This document shows positions 11,301 through 21,400 of a stretch of 55,079 nt of DNA, piece by piece. The notes beneath the pieces were generated by a model that saw only the letters and a program-made list of their open reading frames with translations, was not told the origin of the DNA and did no database searches. Location: contig JABANN010000190.1 in NCBI GenBank assembly GCA_013115125.1, positions 1 through 55,079 of the forward strand. The letters are read 5' to 3'. Made by a program: the position numbers and the translations under genes. The DNA is from Perkinsus olseni. Taxonomy: Eukaryota. The first letter of the stretch is position 1. Each line of letters begins with the position of its first letter.

Positions 11301-14300
11301 CAGAACTGCTGATGGGCCTGCAAACGGTAGAGCCCCGCGTCCCATGGGCACTCTCACAACCAGGCTGAGGAAGCTCTGGGCTACCACCGTGTGGTCGGCG
11401 CCAACGGGTATGAAGCCCGAGCACCCATGTGGCGTCACCTTGGTCAACAACGTTCTCGCTAGGCAACTTGTCCGCCAGCTCGTTCCTTATCTTATCAACC
11501 ACATCGCGTGCATGTCCGAAGAGCATTCGACTGTTCTCGTGGAAGAAGAGGGGATTCTCCACGCCAGAGTACCTAGCAGCTTTTGATAGCAGCCACGAGG
11601 TCTACCCGCCTCTCACCCAGTCGCCATGCTCCTCTTCAGGACAACACACTCTCGGCACTTCCACACCTCAATGGCCGGCATGCCGTATATCGGGCTCGAT
11701 GGGTCGCTGCCTGTGGTAGGGTTAACTATATCGTTCGCACCAAGGACGATACACAGGTCGAAGGAGGCAATGTCCGCATTCACCTGCCACACCGCGGAGT
11801 ACAGCTCACAGCGTTGATGACTAGAGAACGTGGCGACGTCTGAAGCGGGTGAGAGCGACGCACCTCCTCCATCTCAAGCACGATGTCGTATGGCACATTG
11901 GCTTCCGCCAGAAGGACATTCATATGGCCCGGCAGCCGGCCCGCCACAGGATGGATGCCGAAGACCACCACCGCCCCACTGAGGGATGAACGACAAGTCT
12001 GCTGCGGGAACCAACAGGCTTCACAAGGAAAAAGTACTTTCGGTTCCGAAGGAGGTTTGCGATTTCAGAGACCTGCTGCTGACAGCGTGCCACGGCCATA
12101 CCATACCCGGGGACAATGAGTACCTAACAACGGCTCTGATGCACCGCTAGAATTCCGAAACCACTTCGATGGTAACACGGAAGCAGCTGCAGTGGAGTCC
12201 TCCTGGACGACGTCCACTGGAGAGGTTTTACTTTTTTGGCATCAGCCAGTTTTCGAACAAGCTCGGCTGAGTCGATAGTGTGGACCTCGCCAGCCACACC
12301 TCCGCCAGATGGAGCCACCAGCGAGCCGTCCTCCACGCCAAAACCTCCTGAACGAGAAAAGGGAACGCCTTTGAAAGGCTCGATGAGGGCATCCCACCAG
12401 TCGTGAGGGGTCGACAAGCCTACCTTGCAGGACGCTGATGAGGCTGCGATTGATCCCCCTGCACATCATGTCGCTCAGAAGGGCTCCACTGCTGGTAACC
12501 AACGCACCAGTCATCACCAACTGAGAGATCGTTGATATATTCGAATAGCTTCCCCGGGGACATCACCATAGAGTTGGACATCATGAATCCGGATGCTGAC
12601 GTGGCCAGGCCAGAGAGGGAGTTCAGTAAGCTGACGATTACCGGCATGTCCGCACCACCAACCGGCAGAACAATCATGGCCCCTGAAAACGGTGTGTTGC
12701 TGAAGATGTCCTAACAAAGACATCACAGAGACTTTAAAACCTTCCAAAGTGGTAACATTCCGAGAGGGGTAGCTTCCATACTGGGAGTGGAAGAAATATT
12801 ACGACGGATGATTCTAGTCGCACGACCATTCCGCTAGAGCGCGCAGGGCCGTGCGAACGTAACGATGGTCGTCGAGTTTTGATGATTACGGGGACTTGCT
12901 CAGAACTTTGTTCCCATTATGGCGGGAGCTGGAGAAGCACCTTCGACGGACCGCTGGCAATAAGCCGCTCTTCTGCGCGTGGACTCCCGAGCCAAGTAGG
13001 GGAGTTCGACAACGCGCCCTTTTCCATAAATCATCACGAACCGGCAACCAAGGAAGCGGCATTACGGAAACTACTACACGCCCCAGCAGACTCAGCGTGA
13101 ATCCAATACGAGGAGTCGTGATTCGGAGCCACGACCTGTGATTTGGGAGACTGTAGCGTATTTTCTTGCGGTGAAGGAAGTGCGCATGTGCGCGCCCTAA
13201 CGTCCAATAACGCCCACAACCCAAAAATTACACAAAATGTCCCCCAAACCTGAAAACACATGGTCGATGCAGGGCTCGAACCTGCGACCCTCGCGTTATT
13301 AGCACGATGCTCTAACCGACTGAGCTAAACGACCGTTGAGGACAACACACAGGGATCTCCACTGAACGATTGAGATCGTAGGTTGGCCTGGGCAGAGCTC
13401 GGCCGTGATAGTGTAGCAATAGCAGTTGCCTTTTTTGAGTATCGTGGCTCCTAGGTCGATGCAAAGAGTAGCTGAATACTTCAGCAGCAAGAGCACTATC
13501 GTACGTACATATACAGCCTAGCGGCCGCCCGACCTGATTTTCAGACGATCTTGGTACGCCGCGAGACCTTCCGTGAGAGCAGCTATCGATGCGCGAGAGA
13601 GCACCGCCACCCATGCTCCTCAAGCGAGTAATATTAACAGTAGCATTAACATCCAAATCCTTATGAGTCGTTTTTTCCACGATCTGATTCATAGGACTAC
13701 TTCCAGCAAGAAAAACCACCTAGCCCTTAACCGTAACCACACGGGACAGGGACCTGCGCTACATGGTCAGGGAATTTCCATGATGGAAGGAAGGGAAGGA
13801 CTGATCTAGGACTCTAACCGCATTCGATACTCACGATAGTGTCCCCCGGAACCGCTCAATGGCTGGTAATCTCGAAGTCTAGGAAGCGTGACCCACATGC
13901 TAGAGAACGCTCGGGAGAGCCAGGATGACCACTGGCCGTGCACAGAGCTAGAGAGGTCGAACATGCTCACTTCGTTATTTGGTCAGCCTCTCAGAGTACG
14001 GAAGCTCTTAGGAGCGCCCAAGGGGATACTGCGATGAGGTTGTTAGCGGTAGGGGGTATATTCCAGAGAAAAGGGGAAAAAGACGGGAAAGTCCGTCGGA
14101 CAAACAAATGCCATCACGGGGGACTAGCTCAAATGGTAGAGCGCTCGCTTAGCAAGCGAGAGGCACCGGGATCGATGCCCGGGTTCTCCAAAATTATAAC
14201 ATTTACATCAGAAAATTCTCGCTCGCCCATTCGCCGCGGAACTGTGCAAGTGGCCGTTGAGTTGAGTTATGTCTTCAAGCAGAAAATCTTAAACCAGACA

Positions 14301-16542
14301 GTCGCCGACTATCATCCGGGATGCCACTGAATTATACTGTTTCAACTCTCTCAGGAGCGTGTAGGAGTGCAGGAGCGCGATCAGGAGGAATAATTCTCGG
14401 GCTACGGCCAGAGACATCATAGCCAGTCGATGCGTCGTACCACAACGTCTCTCCAAGAGCGTGGAAACTACACAAAAGGTGTCCCGCGGAGCTAAAACTA
14501 GTGGTCGATGCAGGGCTCGAACCTGCGACCCTCGCGTTATTAGCACGATGCTCTAACCGACTGAGCTAAACGACCCTTAAACGATACTTCTCAGACTTCC
14601 CGACGGCATGTCAATTCTGGAGTCAGTCTCCAGAGCCAACAACGGCCCTTCACAATAAGAAGCAGGCGCAAGGAATGTGGTGAGGGAACATACAGCGCAT
14701 GAATCAAAATGGCACCTCGCATATATACGAGAGCACGTGGAACATTTGCTGACTCTCGGATGCCAAGCCGGGAGAATAGTCCCGGGATATTCTACACGTC
14801 CATTCGACCCACCTATCGTGGCGCTTGCCGTCATGTTAGCAAGTAGTGCTCCTGTCCTCACCCAAGGAGTGTTGACCCCACAATATACGGTGGTGAGCAG
14901 AGCCAGCTTAGCCAGACAGAGACCATTGACCGGTCCCCTGAAATGAACACGTAGTGCTCCGATGGCCGCTCTCTTCCTAACGTGTGTAGAACCATTCAAT
15001 GCCACGCGAAATTCAAGCGGTCGACAGTTCTGCAGACGTTTCACTAGCTCCCTAGCACGAAAGCTGCTGCGGTATTGCTCGAATATATATTATTTTCCTA
15101 CCGCAGCTTCATCCCAAGGGGTCGTCCTGGGATGGTTCCATGCAGCTTCAACGCCGCCACAACCGAACCACTGAAGGTCGCCGCACCTAATACGGTTAGC
15201 TCGAAGGAGATATGCTTCAACATGGAGACCTACCGACACTAACGCCGACGAATGTCTCCAACGCCTGGGCGAGAGCTCCCCCTGCTGCAGTTACTGAAGG
15301 GTTCAGATGAGCCGACAAACCGATGAGAACCGCCGCTAGGCCGGTAAAGCTGAGAGGGAAGCTAAAGGGTAGCGAACCCATCTCAAACCGACCTATGGAA
15401 GCCCGCGACCAGCTGCGGCATCTCCTCCATCTGAACGCACGATGCAACACCAAGGCCAACGAGGCAGGCTGTAGCGGCTGTTGGCATGAACAGCCCCATC
15501 GATCGCAAGAGCACCGCTGAGCGATAAAGAACAGCAAAGGTACTCCCGGTGACGCTGGGAACCGAACATCGCTACTACAGGAGGAGTATTGTGGAATCCA
15601 AGTGGTGGCCACGACGGTGACAACTGCCGAGGCCGCACCCACGACCCCAAGCCAGTTGCCTCGTTTGGACGTCTCATGCGAGTTGAGGCCCCGCAGAGAG
15701 AACATGAATAAAATCTAAACAGAAATAAGGCGGTCGTCAGAACCCCTGCCGAAGGTCATTGACTTCACTACCGTCGATGCCATAGGAAGAGTGACGGAGA
15801 GAGCATTGCTGCTGGCAGCCGCGATTGCTGCTCCCGAGGCCTTAGCAAAGGAGGTCACGAGGGCACTCAAACCCGTCGAGCCGACCGACCTGAAGCGGGC
15901 AGTGCGGGAAGGGCGGGGGCGTTGGGCACTCATTACCCAGCAACACTGCCACCCAGCATTGAGGTTGGCAAGGAGCCCAAAAATAGACCACCAGCAGCCA
16001 CGCCCAGCGGTATGTATAGTATACGATGTATTCTGGGCACATGCAGGGCCACTACGCTTTCCTCCTCCTCCTCCTCAGGGTGATCTGAGGTGACACGCCA
16101 ACAATCACGATCGAGGACGTGGTAAAGAGAAGTCAGAGGATCTCGAGAGTGGTGCGGCTAACACGCCCTCTCACCTGATGGCTCTCTGGTGACCTCCCCC
16201 AGCCAGTCGGCCCAGTCCATTGCTGAGGCCTTCGATGAGAGGAACGACCCCGGCTGGCACTCAGCCTCTCCACCCGGGCGATGCAGAATTGTACCTCGTA
16301 GGCAAAAATGAATTATGGAGCCGAGGTCAGCCTCAATTCCTAGCACGGCGCCACAGTGAAGTTATCGATGAGAACCCGCCGGAAAGGCCCGTATCACTCC
16401 AGAATATTTTCCTAGGGGAAGGGTCGGGTGGCTGCGCCGAGGAGGACCATGATGATTCGCTATGATCATCATCCACTTCCAATCCCATACCCCCAGAAGA
16501 ATCAGGAGTAACGGGCCGTGGAGATGAGAACGAAGTGGCCAT
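8387..16542 (-). CDS. NNT: Proton-translocating NAD(P)+ transhydrogenase, single chain in beta-alpha order, many exons
   Basis: PntB motifs: [86 protein letters not shown]. PntA motifs follow: [79 protein letters not shown]. Stop at 8387-8389. The N-terminal extension above ~15720 and the start at 16542 are uncertain. Confidence 0.95.
9293..9322. repeat. (CCT)10 microsatellite inside an NNT intron
   Basis: Read directly from the sequence; explains the spurious poly-R, poly-E, poly-L and poly-P ORFs here. Confidence 0.85.
13261..13334 (-). tRNA. tRNA-Ile (AAT), copy 1
   Basis: GGTCGTTTAGCTCAGTCGGTTAGAGCATCGTGCTAATAACGCGAGGGTCGCAGGTTCGAGCCCTGCATCGACCA folds as a full cloverleaf with anticodon loop CT-AAT-AA. 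A TTTT terminator lies just downstream. Confidence 0.97.
14118..14190 (+). tRNA. tRNA-Ala (AGC)
   Basis: Acceptor stem GGGGGAC/GTTCTCC has the G3:U70 alanine identity pair. Anticodon arm CTCGC-TTAGCAA-GCGAG. T-loop ATCGAT is typical of eukaryotic tRNA-Ala. Confidence 0.96.
14502..14575 (-). tRNA. tRNA-Ile (AAT), copy 2
   Basis: Identical over 74 nt to the copy at 13261-13334; TTTT downstream. Confidence 0.97.
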
Positions 16543-16699
16543 CTGTAATGACCCACCACTGGACAGACAGAAAAGCAGAGAGAGAGGACAGAGAGAGCAT
16601 CCCTTCTCACGATTACAGACCCATCAATCTGATTAACTAGAGACAACACCATCAACTCAAGGTAGAAATGAATAAACACTCCGAGCGAGCCATCCGGTG

Positions 16700-17245
16700 T
16701 CATAGTTGAAGTCCATCATCTGAGGTAGCAGCAGCAGTTACATCATCTTCGTCCTCCTCCGCGTCTTCTGGGCTCTCCCGTGGGTCCCCCCTAACTATCG
16801 TCCAATAGCCCTTAACCTCGTCCTTCTCTACTACCGCCACTACACATGCCTTCCTCACACCTTCCGCCACTCGACGCCACAGTACCAACTCTCGAGGTGT
16901 CGGCCCCTTACCAGCTTCCACCACATGCAACAGCCAGTCACTGTGGCACTTCCTAGGGTCCTTCAGATAGACCACTAGATCACAGCCGTAATTAGGCTGC
17001 ACCCCTACCCACAGGCCTCTACCTGCTAAATGCCTAGCCACCACGTCTCGTCTATGGAGGGGCCCTGTAGCGGCCTTGATAGTATCCAAGTACAGCATCG
17101 GTAGGCCCAATTTGCTGTTCTGTTGAGCGTCGCTTGGGATTGTCCCGACCATTGCACCCATCATCCGGTCGTCATCTAGTTTCCGCCACCCCTCAACGGT
17201 GTGGCACATGCTTGGCCGAAGGGGAAGAGGAGGAACCTCAGCCAT
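16700..17245 (-). CDS. tRNA-splicing endonuclease catalytic subunit (SEN34-like)
   Basis: LAGRGLWV..NYGCDLVVYLKDPRKCHS...RRVAEGVRK matches the tRNA intron endonuclease catalytic domain with the Tyr/His/Lys triad. The start codon is uncertain and an upstream exon is possible. Confidence 0.75.
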   Translation of the reverse strand: MAEVPPLPLRPSMCHTVEGWRKLDDDRMMGAMVGTIPSDAQQNSKLGLPMLYLDTIKAATGPLHRRDVVARHLAGRGLWVGVQPNYGCDLVVYLKDPRKCHSDWLLHVVEAGKGPTPRELVLWRRVAEGVRKACVVAVVEKDEVKGYWTIVRGDPRESPEDAEEDEDDVTAAATSDDGLQL

Positions 17246-17481
17246 CGGGCAAGCATAACAACTACTACCGGACCACTCCTTTAATTCACGACTACAACTC
17301 AATCACACACGACAGCTACCGAGACTTCGTCGTCTTTGCCGTTGTAGGGTACTACGAGGTAACGGACTGGAACTCTCCGCTGAGTGACAGTAGCAGTAGT
17401 TGATGATACTCCCACACGCGAGATGATGAAGTCAAGGCTTAACGTTAATCTCCTTCCAGTCCGCCGCCTCAGACTCAATTC

Positions 17482-18067
17482 TTATCGGCCACCTTTACCC
17501 TTACCCTTACCTAAACGGATACCAACTGAAAGCTCAAGAAAACCCGAGAAAGTGGGCAGCCCCGAGATCTCAATTACCCTTGCCCTTGCCCTTCCCCTTT
17601 CCTTTACCGAAGCCTCTCTCACGGGCGGCCTTGTTCTTCGGGCCGTCATCAATCTACGACCACAAGCATCGAATCGGTGAACCCTGAGCCCCACAGACTA
17701 CCAGTAAAGTATCCAGAGGAATGTGGTCAGGAAGGATGAAGTAACGGATGGTGCTGCCTAAAGCAACCAAAAATGGCAAAAGAGGCCCATACCACACCTC
17801 CCCCTACTACCGCGAATGGTTAAATGGTCCATACCCACTGGGTTGCGCCCGCGTACCGTAACCTTCACGTTCTTCATATGCGTGTTCATCGATACATCAA
17901 CACCTACAAGCCAGCAGCAGCAGCAGTAGCCTTCGCTGACCAGCAGCAGCAGTAGCAGTACTCTTCCCGAACTCACCTGTGACGGTCCCATGAACAACAG
18001 TGCCATTCTTCAACTCCACAGTCACTGTTTCCGAGTTGAGCTTCTGTAGGAACCGTACGAGCTTCAT
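17482..18067 (-). CDS. SNRPD1: Small nuclear ribonucleoprotein Sm D1
   Basis: [31 protein letters not shown] / [15 protein letters not shown]...LTIRG / [18 protein letters not shown] / IDDGPK; 5 exons; tail is (GK)8-GGR. Confidence 0.95.
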
Positions 18068-18447
18068 GAGGATCGATCACAACAACAACCAATGATAACA
18101 CGCTGCCGAAGACACTACTCTCAGACCCGCCTCAACACAGCCCGATAATGATGAAAGAATGGTCTCAAATATGTCGTCGCAAGCAGGGATGAGACTATCG
18201 GACAGCGCGCAGAAGGAGGTGGAAACACTCCTTAGCTCCGATAGTGGGTGATGGTGCGACGAAGAGAAGAAGGTGTGGTACATATGGTAGTTGGGTAATC
18301 ATGACAATAGTATAACAAAAGCAGTTTAGAAAAATCACCAGGCCACGCGATAACCTATCAATGACAGTACTCTGACGGGCTACAAAGGCCTCTTTCCACT
18401 AGGGGAGGAGGGGGGGGGGCGGGGGGCTGTCCAGCAGCAGCAACAGG

Positions 18448-21400
18448 CTAATATAAATATTGCCGGAGCTCGGCCATCTCATCATCTTCGCCGCTCTCAT
18501 CTCCAAAATCGCGGCTCATCATGAGCTCCTGCTCCTCGAGATTCTCATCGTATGAGAACATGTAGCTGTCTGGGTTCTCGTCGTATTCTTGGGCGTAGGA
18601 GCCGCCCGCTAGAGCACTCCCACCACCAGCACCGCCAGCAGCACCAGCCCGACTAACACGGCACGTATTGTACTGGCGACCCCAGGCTGGGCATGTATTA
18701 GAGCTGAGAACCTCGTACCTGGCACGGGGCCGATGGTGGCTGCATACGGAAGAAGTAGAAGACGCTACCCTGCGCAGGCTGCTGCTGATGATGCTGCAGC
18801 AAGGGAGGCCAAAACATCAGACACCTCGTGAGGGTCCGCTACAAACCATCTGGCAGGAAAGTGAATGATTACGGGGACAGTGACAAATCTTGCTCACTTG
18901 GCATGACTAGGCTTTTTCCCAACGGACACAGTGAACACCTCAGTACCGCTCTTGCCGTGCTGAGTAGGTGTCTCTGCTTGTGGGCGTCGAGTACTAGTTC
19001 CATGAGAAGCCAGTAGGCCAAGATTACCGCCTTCCTCCTTCCACGGTGGGGCTTGACCGGTATGTGATGACGATGTCGTGCTGAACGGGGGCCTGATCAC
19101 CGCTGTCTAATGCACAACAACGCAGCCAAGCACAGGATGATACCTCCGCAGGCCCGTCCCCAATTGATTGAGATCACGATGGATGCTGCCCGAGTTGAGG
19201 CCAAGCGTCCGCTGAGGTCGCTCCACAGAACTGCTATGACCAGCAGAATCGGTCGGAGAAGGTGGATGGTGCCTCGGACCTACACAGGCCAGAATCACCC
19301 AACGCTCGAGGGCAGGCGTCCCCCAAAGCTGGGCCTACTTTCACTGTGAGCTGCAGCCACAGGAGAAGGCTTGGGCTCATACAAGCTCTTCAACTTCTCG
19401 AACATGAGTTCATCAGATTGATCATCACCCATGGCCAATACCTATTCAAGAGAGTCGAGGAGAAGTCCATCTCCCGAGTACTTACGAAGTCGGGTTGACC
19501 GCGTATATTAGAAAGCTTCTGGAGGATGGTCTGTGCCGCTACGCCCTTATTCACCCCCTTCAGCTTGATCTCTACGTAGCCCTTACCGCATACTACTTCT
19601 ACATTATACCTGAGGCAATCGCTAATCGAACCGCAGTGCTCATCGAGGCTCATCGCCTTACGTGTCGAGGAGCTCCTCCAAGCTGTTGGCCAGCTCCTTT
19701 GCCTGCCACTGTCCGAAGTCAGGATCCGCGTCCCCATACTGCCACACCAGGGCCGATCCCTTGTACTCGATATACGACCCCTGCGTTCGAGCAACGTACC
19801 TACAACCACGTCACCGACCTGGTCAACAGCAAAGGCATTTCTACTGTTTCATCAGCTCCATAGCGATAGCCTTCCATGACGTGTCGTCCCTCTCAGAAGC
19901 ATAGCTGTCGCCTGAAGGGAGGAAAGTCGAGTGCGCAGATCCAACCAGACCCTGCCGTCCTACTGAGCAAGCACTCCCAATGGCGACGTGAGGGAGAGGC
20001 ACCCTGCTGATTATCAGGGCCGTTAAGAGCCGGGACTTGATAGTAGTAGCCATGCTCAGCTGCCAGACCTACACCCGGGCATGTGAGAGCTTAGCGACTC
20101 AGTAGCCCTGCCCTACCGATATGATCAACACTGCTGAACCACTTTTCAAGATGGTCCGGACTGCGACCACTCAGCACGACCACAACGTTACGAGGATCTC
20201 GGCAGATAACCCTGATAGAGCGACATAAGGCGAGGTGTACGCTAGGGACGCTGACCTGAGCATCTGCAGGACCTTCTCACTAGGTGGGCTACCATGCATG
20301 TGCAAGTTGCTGAGCTCCCCTTCGCTGGATGTGCTCGGGAACTCCGGAGAGGAGGCCCGAGGGGAGCCGTAGGCATTTCGGGAAATGTACGATGTCGAAC
20401 ATAATGTACCTGGTAGACATTTTGTGAAGTGCAAGGGTCAACCTAAGATACGCTTACCTTCATTATCCAGGAACAGTACTCTGAACTTAGCCCTCTTGTA
20501 AGCAGCAAGGATCTCATCATGTTCCAGTCTTTGAAAGTCCTCCGACAGTCCCATCAACCTACAGGCAGCTCCCTCAGCGCACCACGGCCAGTGAAGGTCT
20601 CACCTAAAGTTGGCGCCAAATCCATAAGTGATGTACATCATCTCAGCCTTCTTCCGAGCGCGGCGAAGATCACATAGGAAATCTTCAGCCCAGGACAGCA
20701 GGGAATGGCTCGATACATAGGCAGTATCACGATACAGGCGCTCGGCCAGCTCAGGCGTGCCCTAAAAAGAGCCCACCACAGGTAGAGGCGTCAACAGTTG
20801 GTGGCAGGCTGCTTACAAGCATGTGTTTGGCGTCTTGAATAGCTACGACGAGCTTATCAGTATTCCATGGGTTGACGCTGAGACTGCCAATGAGTACTCT
20901 AGAACAGCCCGAGAACTCGCTGCAAATGACCGCCCCTCTGAGATTAGTGGGGCTAGTCGGTGGCAAGGCAGCACGGGCTACATAATACTCGAAGGGAACT
21001 GAAACACACTCCTCCATGGCAGCCGTCAAAGGGCGGTGGACATACCCAAGTTTAGGCCAGACTTCACACTGGTGTCCAGCAGGACGTCCGCAACGCGCAA
21101 TAATGCCATCCGATCAACGGCGCTCAGAGGGCCAGACTCAAAGTGGATAACTAAGGGAGCGAGTAGTGGCACTACGGAAAGTCTCGCCATGGCGGAAGCT
21201 ACCTTCGCATCCAAACTGGTCATTAATTGCTTCAGCGATCTGCGTCAGTTCGCTTGCCCTGAGGACCAGAGTTTCCAGAGAGCTCCTCCTTGGCAACCAC
21301 CACTTACAGTTTGTAGGCGAGTGTGACCGAGTGAGTCTTGGGCACATAAGCATGTTGGCGGAGTACGGCCCGTCCCACGACGTTGGGATGCTGTTCGAGG

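Larger units (their letters stand above)
12683..14812 (-). other. 2130-nt GT-AG intron of NNT hosting three tRNA genes
   Basis: Donor ...ACGATAG|GTGGGT at 14812 and acceptor TTTTCAG|GGGCCATG at 12683 join in phase to give [18 protein letters not shown], which is continuous PntB sequence. Confidence 0.85.

Noticed and set aside
10933-11586. Long plus-strand ORFs overlapping NNT (and similar antisense ORFs over other genes)
   Set aside because: These are antisense shadows of GC-rich coding exons with no independent evidence.
13261-17245. Functional link between the SEN34-like gene and the nearby tRNA genes
   Set aside because: The three tRNAs have no introns, so the proximity is probably coincidental.
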